DNA of 64,000 nt from Syncephalis fuscata S228 (GCA_025786725.1 JAHLTZ010000032.1:248328-312327); one strand, 5' to 3'; numbered from the stretch's first letter, positions 13,223-26,743 are shown. Made by a program: numbers and translations. The notes: generated from the sequence alone by a model not told the origin.

Positions 13223-15875
13223 ATGCAGCCTCCCAATAATAGCCAACTATTGCAAACAGTCGACAATGACCAATTAGCGTCGACTCAACCGTTAAACCAC
13301 CCAGCTGACAACAGCTTGTCACAGGTGCCTATGCATAGACCACGTCAATGGGAAACAATGACAGAAGAGGAACGTGAACAACTATGTGGCTGGCTCGAAG
13401 TGTCGGATGAGCGTAAGACACGTAAGATTTGAGAACATTTAATTGCAATATTTATATATATCTATATACTAATTGTACCACTATTATTCTTTCTCATTTG
13501 AAATAGATATACTGTTATATGACCAAAAAGAAATAGTCGTAGGACGCGATAAAACTTGGTAGGCTATTTTATATCAATTATTTATTCATAATGATTTGGT
13601 TTTAATCCATCTTAGTGACTATATTATGCTTGAACCGTTTGTTTCAAAGAAACAATTTCGAGTCTATGCAGTAAGCTATTAACAAGTATAAGTATATAAT
13701 TGCTAATACTTTTATATATAGATTGGTGATTTAGTTATTTGTGTGGTAAGTCATGGCAATACTTGTTAAAGTGGTATTAATCAATAGTATTAGGATATGA
13801 GTACCAATGGTACAATATGTAAGCCAGTATTATATTTAATTGCTCTTTTGATACTTATAGACTAACTAGGGAATCAAACAAAATTTTCAAAGGGCGATGA
13901 AATAATTATTCGTCCAAATGACACACTTCAAGCCTATCAATCACATAGTAAGTAATAGAATGGTTGTATTATAAAATCACTAATGTAATATAAATAGTTG
14001 TATTCAAGTTCTGTAAGATTCTAGAAAACTATTCTCAGCCAAAAGATTCGAGTAAAGATTATGAAGAGGTGAATTCGTTCAATTACAAATACGATCTATT
14101 AGCTGACGAGTCTTTATTCAACAGAAATTAGGACGTAAATATCGACTAACTCTAAACTGTTGGGCAGGTAAATAGATTAGCATTATAGTATTTACAGCTG
14201 ACTCACTGCTATACTATGATATTGTTAGTGGCACCTTTTCTGAGGTTTATATGGGAGTGTGTAAATCAACAAGAACTCGAGTGGCCATTAAAGTGTCCAA
14301 GAAATCGTACTTCAAGGAGCATACCATTAATAAACATGGAACAAACTATCTTGAAGAGATGAGACGCTTAAACAAGCAAAAGGACATCCTAATGTAGTTA
14401 GATTCCATGAAATGATAGACACAGAGCATCATATTTATACAATTATACAATATGCTGCCGGTGGAGATTTATTTGAATATTTCTCCAAGCAATCATGTCT
14501 ACCTGAACTCAAGGCTAAATATATTATATTCCAAATATTACACGGACTCAAGGTAAGCAGTTATGGCAACCTATTATAGCTATTTATTTATAATAATCAT
14601 ATAAATAGCATTGCATGATCTTAATATTATACACCGAGGTGAGTAATATTATTAGGTATATAACTGTTTATATTAATATTAATATCTGTAATTTGTTTGA
14701 TAGATTTAAAGGAAGTCAATAATACCAATATTAACAATAATAAAAGAACAATAGTTATGACCATAAATACTAACCTTTTTATTCAGCCCGAAAATGTATT
14801 ACTGGTGCAAGAAGAAGAATATCCACGCATATTAATCACCGATTTCGGTATGGCACGTTTTCTGGTTCAAAACGATATTCATCGGAAAACTCTGTGTGGA
14901 ACACAGCATTATTTGGCCCCAGATGTACTTATAAGTAATACGGATATAGAATCCGTCTACAGTAAATTGAAGACACGATATCCTGCTGCCGCTAAAAGGT
15001 TACTTCAACTGAACTTTACCGACGATGGTTATGGTATGGAAGTCGATCTATGGAGTGTTGGTGTAATATTATATGTACTATTGTCAGGTAAGTGGTATAG
15101 AGAATATTGTAGAATTGTTATTACTGTAAGTATGTCTAATTTAGTAATAAATATAATAGCCACTACGCCATATAATTCAAATGGCACTCCACCCAGTGCT
15201 TTACTCATCCAAATTCTTACAGAAGACTTGGAGTTTCCTGATGAACATTGGCTGAACATTTCCATTGAAGGTAAGTGTAGCAGCTAGTATATAGACTGTA
15301 TGTATTCTAATCTATCTAATCTATCTAATCTATCTTCTCTAGCTAAACATTTTATATCAAGGCTGCTCGATACGAATAGAAAGACACGCTACACCGTCCA
15401 TGAAGCACTTAAAGACCCATGGATTGTAGCTGATGAATACGATATGAGAATGCGGTTTAGTGAAAAATTGAACACACAGTCGACACCAATGGGCAACATT
15501 GTTCTTACACAAACTCAAAAGAATCCGGCTGATCAATCCCTATTGCCTCATACTAAGCGATCAAAGATCAATGTAGCCAGCCAGCCTACCCGAGAAGCCA
15601 CCATGCTGTTGAATAACACCGATAGCTATGACAGCAGTTTATCTGGATATGAAACACATTGCAAGGATGCAGAAGTACCTCTAGCAAATGAAAGCGAACT
15701 GCCGCCTTCACAAGAAATTGAAGAAGAATACGCTTTACTTGCCAAACGGCACTATGGCGGTAAGTTATTAGCGGATACATTATAATAAATAATTAATATC
15801 ATTAACTAATTCGCTAATTAATTAATTAATTAATAATTAATCAATTTAGATACAGGTGAAATTAGTTCGCAGTAG
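13223..15875 (+). CDS. FHA-domain Ser/Thr kinase, Mek1/Chk2(Cds1) family; many small exons, probable 1-nt frameshift near 14370
   Basis: FHA motifs GRDKTC..VSKKQF..DMSTNGT; kinase GSGTFSEVY, VAIK, HPNVV, GGDLF, HRDLK-PENVLL, PRILITDFGMAR, TLCGTQHYLAPD, DLWSVGVILY. Confidence 0.85.
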
Positions 15876-16655
15876 CTATCATGATATGACCATTCAAACC
15901 GTCATTTAATTCAAACTTTCTATTATTATCTCCTATGTAGTATGCCATTAGTCACTGGTGATAGTTTACAATAAACAAGTAGTTGAAAAATGTTTATTAT
16001 GTTCCATGACAACTATAGCATATGTTCTGTCTGTATGGCTGATCAACTGACCAGCATGCGAATAGACAAATCATATGTCCTTAGCCAATGCATTTCGTGT
16101 GATGTCATTTAAATGTATTACTAATTGTTAACGCAAAGTAGTAACTCCAAGCCTTGTGGTGTATATCGTGTAGCTAACCAGTTTTCCCCACTCTGCATGG
16201 AATACTTTAGAACATGGTGTTTAATTGAAATACCATACAGTTAACATGGACTACCATGTGGTGATCAATAAAGAATCATGTGGTATATCATCATGTTCTT
16301 GTCAAGGCAAATGAACCATATGAAAGTATTTTGGCCCTATAGTATACTGGTCATTATATCATGTGGAATGCATCATCAATGTCATTTGACCTACCATGCA
16401 TTTATCAGTAATTAAGCATGTGTCGCTGTATAACATCTGATCGACCATATGGCGTTTGTAGTTATTGGACAAGCTATAAAATAACAAAGTTAATGGCGTT
16501 CAATTGATTTCAACCTTATCGTCATCACCATTATACTAGTTTCGCTGATAAATACGCGCCCACCTTCACCACTGTATTTCAAAACACTATCTGTACGCCT
16601 CACTGTAATCTACTCCTAGTAACACCACTATAGCCATTCTGTTATTATCGCCGCT

Positions 16656-16832
16656 ATGACAAGCATCTCATCAAGTTTCATCAAAGTTGTCGCTTTGATT
16701 GCCGCTTCCGTTACTGGTGGTCATGCCGCTCCTGCTCCTGCTCTCACTGTTTGCACAAACGAGTCAAATATTGATTTGATGGATACCGCCTTAAATCTTC
16801 ACGGTACCAATCCTAAGCGCTACATCAGATAA
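16656..16832 (+). CDS. Small secreted peptide precursor, 58 aa (below ORF-track cutoff)
   Basis: MTSISSSFIKVVALIAASVTGGHAAPAPALTVCTNESNIDLMDTALNLHGTNPKRYIR; signal-peptide-like start, TATA-like gataaata at ~16547, AATAAA just after the stop. Confidence 0.65.
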   Translation: MTSISSSFIKVVALIAASVTGGHAAPAPALTVCTNESNIDLMDTALNLHGTNPKRYIR

Positions 16833-17169
16833 ACTATCTGTTGCAACAGTAACTAATGCAATAAACACTTAATATCAAACTGTATACTATTAGTATTAAT
16901 TATTGTAGCTGTGTTGACTTATTTTATATAATTTTATTGATAACTAATACTTTTAGATTTATTCAAGCACTATTGGATTTAATAGATAAATCAAATACAC
17001 ATTACATGTTATTTATAAGTTGGAATAATCAATAGCAATGGTGCTAATATAAGTGTTAGTATATAACTAAAAAGGTAAAACATTTGTGATTGCTATTTAA
17101 TAAATGATAAATCTGAAGCAATATCGTCGTTTTTTCTTTTTATCTTTTTTTTTATTTCGTCGTTGCATC

Positions 17170-17769
17170 ATGCCGCCACAACGCCGCTCTCGCGTACACA
17201 AAAATAACAAGGCCATTAAGAAGGCACATCGTACGCGTAGACGAACGAAAGATATCCTTTTGAAAGCAGTGCTATTAAATGAATGAATATGCGTAAATAA
17301 TAGTCTTAACTACTAACAAAATACATTTGGACCAGATTCATGACGATCTTTTGCCAGAAAATGTTGAAAAGCTAAAGAACCAGCCATTGGATGCTGACTT
17401 GCCGGGCTTAGGTCAACACTACTGCGTTGAATGCAGGTAAGAGAAATGGCAATGTGCTAAATAGAGCGCTGTTTAACAATATGCATCACCGGCAATTGAT
17501 AGTCGTTACTTCGTCTCTACCAGTGCTATGGAAGTGCACGTAAAGAGTAAGGCACATAAGAAGCGGTATGTAGCATATTAAGCAATGTTAAATGTAAACA
17601 AGCTACTAATAACTCTACTGGTAGACTACGCGAACTCAAAGATGAGCCGTATACACTAGCAGAAGCCGAGGCGGCCGTTGGATTGACGACTGAAAATCGA
17701 CGTCCCACAACAACGGTAACCGCATCTACGACCACCAGCATAAGCAAAACTGCCATGGCTATGGATTAA
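17170..17769 (+). CDS. BUD20: Pre-60S factor Bud20/ZNF593 (4 exons)
   Basis: [64 protein letters not shown]. Confidence 0.93.
17252..17324 (+). other. U12-type AT-AC minor intron in BUD20
   Basis: 5' ATATCCTTT, branch GTCTTAAC (17303-17310), 3' ...ATAC; removal restores RRTK-D-LDQIH. Confidence 0.93.
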
Positions 17770-17992
17770 TATACACATTGATATGCATAAATATGATAAA
17801 GTTGAATTACAAATAATAGCGTATGATAGTTGGTCATAATGAATATGTATTGATGAAAAGGAAATTTATTGGAATTTGAAATGAAATTATCATGTATATA
17901 ATTTACTTGTTATGCACTCACTAATATACATGTATGTGTATATGTATATATGTTTAAATCAGTATGTTACGTCTGTACCATATGATAGAATG

Positions 17993-19098
17993 CTACGAGG
18001 TAAAAATTCGTTCATAAACCAAATCCCCACAAATCGGTTCTACATCACGTAATAAATCACGCAGCCATGTACGCATGTATTCTGTGGTGAAAGAAGCAGC
18101 ACGTAGGATAATGCCAGCTTTATCACGTGTATCCGACACCGACCAGACATGCTGTCGTGGTGCTTCCGTAAGATGTGAAGACTTGGTCGGAGCAATGGAT
18201 AATTTGTTATATTCAGCACGCACCCGTTCCACGACAGGACGCACACGACTACCATAAACAATCACCGTAGCATGGCAGCGGTATGGCTCAAGCGCCTCAG
18301 CATAACGAGGCAGCTTTGTAGACGTAGCAGTAGGAGACTCAGTCTCTATTAATACAGCAGCTTTTGGATGTAGCGATGTTGGTGAAGGTGGACTACTATT
18401 TGTGCTGCTATTGTCGTCACAATCCATGTTGTCGCTTTCATCCATTTGCAGTAGTGTGCGGTCTGAAACGACCAATCTACCATGGCGATATAGCTCAATA
18501 GCACTGTCGTACTTGTGGAATTGCCACGTCTCGCCGTGTGCATCATGACGTCCACTGGTAAACCAATCAGCAATAACAACTGAAGCGGATTCATCTTCTA
18601 ATAAAAAGCGCTGACGCTGCACAAAATCTGCACCAGCAAAGCAAGTAATTGGTTCAGGTAATTGCAGTAGCACAGCATTCTCTGCTACTTTGGCATCAAC
18701 TCGTGAAAAGTCGTGCTGGATCCACCTGATGTGTCTGTGCCATCGTGACCTGCCAAAGGACTGGATGGGTTCATAGATTGTCGCCGTTTATACACCTTAG
18801 TCGACCCTTGTGTAAGTAGTGTAAGGGCAGCGTTTGGCATAACGCGTACCTTCATGGAGGGACAATCGCCCGAGACTAGGCCTCCACTAGAATGGTGTTA
18901 GTATGTATGTCATCGATCCATTGCAGCCTAATCATCAACTTACCCATAGCTTAAGGCATAAACTAATGCCGAGCGTTCTTGATGGGCGCGGGGTGCAAGT
19001 AATTTTAACGGATAACGAGCCCGCATCACCGGAAGACATGCCTTGCCGTTAGGACCTAACTCGCAGCGTACTTCGCCGTCGCCAGCTTCTAACATCAT
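17993..19098 (-). CDS. ureD: Urease accessory protein UreD
   Basis: YPLKLLAP..VYALSYG-GGLVSGD..LTLLTQGSTKVYK; LLQLPEPITCFAGADFVQRQ; DWFTSGR..GETWQF; CHATVIVYG. One intron, possible indel near 18720. Confidence 0.9.
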
Positions 19099-19818
19099 TT
19101 TGCTAGTAAGTCGTAGAAATAGCAGTAGTGGTAGTATAGGTAAAAAAGTTGTAGTATTGAATAAAAGAGCAGAGGAGTATAAACCAATGGGGCTTTAAAT
19201 TCTTAAAGGGGTACTGCTATATCTGGCGTATTTACTATATATATATATACGCACAACAATCATACAAACAGCGAGTAGTTATTATGAAACAGCAGAGAAA
19301 GCTAGAGGTTTAAGAAAACTAGCTACAAGTAGCAATTGGACAGTGAGCTTTTATATTCGCATTGTTTCTATGGAAGGCCCTTAGCTAGATGCATGGTCCA
19401 TCACGCAGTCTACAATTCCATCATATTGTAGCTCAATATGGCTGACGATTGAAACATTGGTGTCTGTTTATCTGATTCAATAAACGGTGATACATACACG
19501 ACTACAACATATTAGTTGTATTAACAACAAATGATTTATTTTATATGTCAATTAATGATAGCCGTGTGGTAATTAAATGATATGCATTACGTCATGTATT
19601 TTCCCTACATACCTACCATTTCACGGTGCGTGTCCTGACATGCCAATAACTGACTAGGTCGTCCTGTTTCTCAAGGCAATGATGTCATAGTTTAACTATG
19701 AAGATAATAACTGAATTGGACATAGAGTAGACAGCATGTTGTATTGGATAGAATAGGCCGCGCTTATTTGCTTTTCTTTTTTTACTTGTACGCGTCTTTT
19801 TGTCGATCTTTAATTAGT

Positions 19819-21420
19819 ATGGCATGTACTGAAACTGAAACTGAATTGCAAAAGAATGACCGCTTTGCAGCCTTCTATCTACGCCGATTAGTACGCGAGA
19901 ATCATGGCGGTGCAATCACGCAGCTTTCTGTTCATCCGCGCCATTTGAACTTGGTGGCTACGGTTGGTGCGAGTCAAGTAAGTTCAGTGCCAGTAATCTA
20001 TGCAGCTTGCTAATAAAGCGGCCAAAAGGCAAGCGTCTATGATAATGAGCACTGCGGTGACCACCTCGATGTTGTCACCAACTATGAAGCACCCTATAAT
20101 GAGACAACCAATGAAGCAGCGGTAAGCTAAGCTAAATAAATTGACGCGCTGTAGGAGGGTAATTAATTTGAATGATAGTCGCTAAGCTGCTGTGCGTGGA
20201 TATGCGTACATCCTGAGCCTCAAGATGCATGGCTTGCTGTGGGTGGTCGAGATGGCGTGGTTAGATTACTAAGTATTACACGATCAGCGGAATTCCGTCG
20301 CTTGGGTGCAGCGGCCGGTAAGTTGTAGTGAGTAGAATATCATAACCCGCTAACGATTATAGAGTAGATCTGCCGGCTGTTGTAGATCTATGCGCGCATC
20401 CAAGTCGGCCCATTTTACTTGTTGCCTATGCCGATGGTAGTGTACGTTGCTGGAAATTAACGGACAATGGCTTATGTCTCTGTGTGTGGGAGCTGAATGC
20501 AACATCGTTGGTAAGTTGATACGTGCCAAGCAGACAATAGTTAATACAGGTGTTTATAATAGTGTATAGGCACGGACGACAATGTTTTTCTAGTTGGTAT
20601 GCGAACAGGAGAGATTCACGCTGTAGTTATGCCATCTGAAACGGAGGCGAATCCTACGCCAACAACCGAATTACTGCTTAAACCACATAGTGCAGCTGTT
20701 GGTTAGTGTAGTATAGGTATGATAAATGTTAGCTAATTAATATATTTGTAATAGACAATTTAGAAATCGTAAATGACACATTGATATCTAAATCACGAAA
20801 TGGTAAACTGATATTCTGGTCCAACAGTGAACGCAATGTAAATAAATAGACAGAAAATAAATAATACTGGACGTTAAATTGTGTTATATATAGATATTAC
20901 ATACGATTCAGTTACGTGGTGGATTGACTATCGTTGCCGTTTTGGTATAAGGTATAAAAGTGAAAATATGCAATAAATAGACTACTTAACGAGAATAGTC
21001 AATGTGGCCAATTTATTTGTGTAGGCGATCCTGATGGACGTGTTACCATTTATAATTGTTCAAATGGTCGGGCTGTTCGTGAACTACATCATCGTAGATC
21101 TAATCGGCCTGTGCTTTGCTGTCAATTTGCCAGACAAGATACGTAAGTAATCAGATAACTAATACAATAGTATTACTAACTATACCAATGCTAGTAATGT
21201 ACTTGTCGTTGGTGAAGATGGTTGTATGTGGCGTTGGGATTACGTGGATCCAGAGACATTGGCCCGTTGGCAACAAGCTCGTACTGAGATTTCTCAACAG
21301 ATGGCAGCTGCAGCAGCGGCGACAGCGGCAGCGGTAGCAGCAGAAGCTACAGCAGCAACAACAACAATAGCAGAAGACGCAGAGACGGCTATAGATGATA
21401 CTCTATCCTCGGAGTTGTGA
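19819..21420 (+). CDS. WD40 protein, EED/ESC- or LRWD1-like (multi-exon)
   Basis: RENHGGAI..NLVATVGASQ.SVYDNEHCGDHLD; CCAW..WLAVGGRDGVVRLLS; HPSRP; CRFGI..ICVGDPDGRV.IY; VGEDGCMWRWD. Confidence 0.65.
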
Positions 21421-22549
21421 AGAAACCTTATTGATCATTAATAAATATTATTACTATTAGTTACGTTAAATCAGTAAAACTTTAATTATTATTTTAATAT
21501 ATAATCACTCATTTACTATGTAAAACACATAGCTGTATAAACGGTGCTGTTATCTATGCAAGTTAATATGCCATTTTTAAAACATGCCAATATTACATCA
21601 TTAATTTGTTAATGATCTATTTTATGCTATATTGGTTTTTTAAATAGATTGCTTTCTATTTATTAGTATTATTATTATTAATATTAATATTTAAATTCTT
21701 ACTACAAGTATTACTTTATGTATGTATAAATACTGTCAGTTAATGCATTTTTTTTAGTTTATTAGAACATAAAATGATATAAATACAGATGATTATTCAT
21801 AGCATAGCATAGAGCCGGATGAATGAATAAAATAAGCTACATCAATAATCATATTAAATCTATGATGCATACCATTGAAGAGGTACAATAACGCAATAAA
21901 TTAATATTTATTACAAAACAGTTGATGTTAAATAGGCAATATCTTTGAAGTAGTACGAATAGTATATAATAAAATGGTGCGATACGTTAGTACAAATATG
22001 CAATGGGAAACTAGCAGATGGATAAAGGATATATGCGTACAAACTAATGATGATGATAAATTTATGATGATGACTACTTTGACATCTGATGTCATTCATC
22101 TTCCGTCCTCATCTTCAATAGAGCAAATGTAAAGTTTGATTATACAATATTGCTAAATAAAATCATTTAGCCACCAATCACATTGATGATTAGTAAATTA
22201 CTTAATATGAATGTAATGCCGTTAATGCAATCAATGAAACAATTGCCTAAATACATCACTGGCACTATTGCTAAAATGACGACATGACTACAATTGTATT
22301 GGGAATAGTCGATTCTAATATACCATCTCTATTAAAAAATCAGGCAGTCGTCATTAAAGTTTCAGATAGTTGTAATACTGTTTTAGACAAAACCAAAAAT
22401 AAAACAGCTTTGTTTTATTTAAGACAAATATTTATTGGTTACCCAGCTATGGTGGATAGCTTGCTTATGACTGATATCTTTACTTATTTCTCATATGCTT
22501 GTATGAATAACCAGCCATTACTAGCAATTTTTAGCAACATTGGTTCAAT

Positions 22550-25500
22550 ATGACTTTAGTTGACACTATTCAATCGTTTTTCTATCATAAAGATGGCTCG
22601 TCTACGGATGATACTATGAGAGAACATGGAAAAAGGCTAGCCGAGATGGTGGCCAATGCAAAGGAACAGATGATCCGTGCGTATGGCCGATCGGCAGAAG
22701 AACTTGGTCGATTAGCACAAGATTTAGAAGAGGCAGAGCGACGTGCCGATGCTATTCGTCGTCGTGGTAAAACACGGGTTGAAGTTGATCGTGACTGGTC
22801 AGCTGGTTATTTCCACGGCAAGCTTGACCAAGCAACGGGACGACCACGACAAACACTCGATCAGATTTACGCGACCAGTCGAGAAAATCCCGATTGGGCT
22901 ATAGGCTATTTCCGCGGCCGATTGGACGAAGCACGCGATATTTCCGAGACTGCGTTTAATCGGGCCCGTGAAAATGGATGGCAAATGGCCGAAAGTCTAT
23001 GGAGCTCAACGCAAGACGCCGCCTCTTATCTAAAAGATAAAGGCCAATCCATTGTTTGGAGCGGTAAAGAATGGGTAACGGCACAGATTGACGACAACGG
23101 CAGCGACAAATACGAAGCAGCAACTACCGACAAGGATTTACTTAAAATACCCGGGCAAGGCTGGCTTAATCATATTTACAGTGAAATTAAATCAGCTGCA
23201 GTTGAACGTGCCAAGTATAATCGTGAACAGACACGGGAGCATGCGCAAGAAGTTGAGGATATGGCCGAAAGCATTCTGCACGAAACGAATCATTTAGGCG
23301 ATAAATTGGCCCATATAGCCGGAGAAGTAAAATCGCATTTGAACCATATGATTACTGGCGATAGTTCAGAAATAGATAATGAGCCATCGCCACGTTTTGG
23401 AGAACAAATGAGTAAAACGGCTGAGAAGATAAAAGATAGAGCAACATTAAAAGCAGGACAAGTATACGATGATGTCACTCATGTTAAAGACGAGGCTACA
23501 AACTTATTCGAATCAATGACCGATAACAATTGGTATTTGAACAAGGATAAATATCATAACATGCAAGATTATGTTCAGTCCTTTAAAGATTCAATGTTGG
23601 ATAGCACAAGTGAAAATGTTAAAGATCGATTGGAATACGAGGCCAGACATTTACGCGACAAATCACACGCTATGTTAAGCGATGCCAAAGACACGATGCA
23701 AGAGATGTATATAAACTACGTGATAAGGTCACTGATAGTGACACAGCGAAGCAAGTTAAAGATGAATTTAATCGCCGTGCTGCCCATGCCGGCGATAAGG
23801 CGCAGTCAATGGCAAAGGAAGCAAAGCACAGCGTTGAAAAGAATGCAAAGGATGCAAACACAAGCTTGAAGAGGGTGCAGGAAATGTAAAGCACAAGGTT
23901 GAAAAGAATGCAAAGAAGCAAAGCATAAGCTTGAAGAGGATGCAGGAAATATAAAGCACAAGGTTGAAAAGAATGCAAAAGATGCAAAGCACAAGCTTGA
24001 AGAGGTGCAGGAAATGTAAAGCACAAGGTTGAAAAGAATGCAAAGGAGCAAAGCATAAGCTTGAAAAGGACACGAAAGAAGCTAAAAAGGCCACACACAA
24101 TATGTTACAAGATTTGATTGCCAATGTACGTGAACAATTAAGTCGTAGCGGCGAATGGGCTCGTGATCATGTTTATCCTGCCACCAAGTTAAAGATAGTT
24201 GGCTTGAGAATCACAACGATAATGAAGCATTAAATGCCAACGATTTTGCTACAAAAAGCCGATCAATAGCTGCCAATTATTTGGCACAACAAGTGATTGC
24301 TTTGACCCAACAATCGGATCAAACAGTGAGTGCTACGCGCCGTAATATCGATGCACTTGAAAAAGAGCTTGATCGAAATTTACACGACGTTGTAAGTCGG
24401 GTACAACGTGCTGGTCGCAACAATGACGCAAAAAAGGCAATTGCCGAAGCAGATAAAAATCGACTTATTATGTACGTACGTGCTACACTTGCTCGTATTG
24501 AACGTGATGCTCGTGATGGCTACTCAGCCATCCAAGAAATGCGTGACGATACATCCGATCAAATTCAGCAATATCATTCACTGACTGGACAACAGCAGCG
24601 TGTTCAATTACCCGAAAGTAATTCGTTAGACGCTCGATTTGATGGATTATCACAGCGAGTTATGCAACAAATCAATCAAGCTGAAGAATGGGCCCGTCGT
24701 CGGTATGAAGTTAGTCGTAAAATGCGACATCGGGCTGAATTGGCCATGGAAGGTGATTTAAGTGAATTTGTTGATAGTTTACGTGGCTGGCTTGACATGG
24801 CACACCAACTGGCCGAGCAGCATCACGAACAAATGATGACAGAAAGCCGAGTACTTGGTAATGAACTAGTTAGTCAATTTGATCCATATTATTCAGTATT
24901 GCAAAAAGGAGAGCAGCCTGTGGCGTCTTTATTGGCATCATTGCCAAATAAACAAAAAGATAGCCAGTCACACCAACAGCAATATTATCATTACCGTCGT
25001 TTACCACAGAGCGACAAATCATCCACAATACTTGGTAATACCGTTCAGTCATGGTGGCACTGGTTTATTGGCGATCAAGCCGATAGTTATATGGGCCAAA
25101 ACCGACATGCCTTATCCACGAAGACAGCAGCTCAGTTGGCCCGCGAACAATTAGCATTTGCCCATAACGAGTCGGCAGCCATGCTCTGGCCATTATCCAC
25201 TCTACATGACGCTGTTTCGCACGCGCGGTCACAAATTGAAGCGGTGTACGACCGATGGATACACCATGAGCCTGAGCATGCGTTATGGCATAAACAACAT
25301 CATGCTTACGATCGTATTAAAGATGGCCATGGCTATCATCCATTGCTTAACAAGGCGGATGAGCCACCAGCACCGCAGCATCGATACAGACCCAGTTTAT
25401 CTGGTCAGTTTGGCTATCAATACTTGCCGAGCACTGTGCAAAATACCATGGATGAGCTGCCATTAACTATGATGTATGGCACAGGTCTACTAATTCTAAT

Positions 25501-26050
25501 GGCTATTTTTATTGGTTTAAAACGTCAAAAAGAACGAATAGCACACAAAACGGTCATCACCACTATTGATGAAGCTAATGTTTACGAAAGACCAGCCCGA
25601 ATGGTAACACGCAGTATGCAAGAGGATACGTATTGTGAAACATCTCAGGACAAAGATCAGGCCACAGCAGAGCCGCTCCGAGAGAATCTACTACGCCGCA
25701 CTGCGTCCACTTCATCCATTAGCGTTCCTTCCTCATCGTTAACCGGTAGAGTCTATGCCAATGCCAATGCCTTAGTTAATGCCACCGATACACTTTTCCA
25801 CATGGTATATACGCTGCCGGTAGCACTACCGCTTCTCGGTATTCTAGAGTATGTAGGCTACACACCCTGGGTATTACACGCACTCTACATCAGCTTTACC
25901 GTCGGCCAAGTATGCCAGGCTATGCGCGATGCTATCACACATAAAGGCCGATGCTGGTCTGACGTTGGCGAGGCGACTACAATAGGCGTTATTGTGCTGG
26001 CAAGTCTCTTCTCCTTCTATACATCACTAAGTGGACAGCCTTTAGTGTAG
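22550..26050 (+). CDS. Large LEA/hydrophilin-like repeat protein with C-terminal TM helices; frameshifts at 23700-24280; 5' exon uncertain
   Basis: ORFs 22550-23869 and 24281-26050 are joined by a repeat-rich, frameshifted stretch; amphipathic K/D/E/A composition; hydrophobic C-terminal segments. Confidence 0.6.
23810..24070 (+). repeat. Coding tandem repeat, 33-bp subunit / 66-bp higher-order unit (~EKNAKDAKHKLEEGAGNVKHKV)
   Basis: Repeated gcacaaggttgaaaagaatgcaaa / gcacaagcttgaagagg..gcaggaaatgtaaa units. Confidence 0.85.
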
Positions 26051-26743
26051 CCTAGATGTGCCAGTATAATGATTCATTCAATGTAAATAGTCTATCTACC
26101 AGATACTTTATATCTTCATAGTAACTATTCACTCCTACGAGGCAGGTACTCCAGTATAGTAAAAATAGCTTTTGATACTGTCTATAATAAATCTTTTATT
26201 GTCAGCATGTGTTATGGCTGTGTGCGTACAAGTTGTGGAGACACAACAAACACCAATAAAATGGCCGATTCCCACGTGATACTGTGGTGTAAACGTGTTT
26301 ATGATGGCCAAGAAAATCTTGCCACTACAAATGAAGCAATTATTCGTACACATCGCCCCCTTCTTCATCACACTCCTTTTGTCTTTACTCCATTTTACTG
26401 CTTTTCTAACTACAACTGTCCTTATCGGCGAGTATCACTGCTGTTGCAACTACTCTACTTGTTCTGCCCTCGTGCTTCTCCTCTGCCTTCTTTATTAATT
26501 CTTTTTTTGATTGCCCTTTTTTCTTCATCGTGGACTTCCACGTTGATCTGTTTGTATTCCCATTTGTTTAAAGCTATTGTTTCGATTGTATCTGGATTTA
26601 CAATCTCTTTCTATTCACCTTCACTTTTTACTTCGCTATTATTATCGGTTTTGCGATTTAATTTCTACGCTTTACTACATTACGTAGCCTAATACCAACA
26701 CTATTACTATACACTATTTTATTTAGTAACGCCCGTTATTAAT

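Noticed and set aside
14712-14786. Apparent GA-AG intron in the kinase (donor GAAGTC, branch TACTAAC)
   Set aside because: One missing base gives canonical GTAAGT or GCAAGT, and the same gene has another 1-nt deletion; an assembly error is more likely.
23670-24124. Cys/Leu-rich minus-strand repeat ORFs
   Set aside because: Antisense shadows of the LEA-like tandem repeat.
26207-26692. 161-aa hydrophobic ORF upstream of the GPI protein
   Set aside because: Explained by a pyrimidine-rich promoter/5' UTR; no domain signal.
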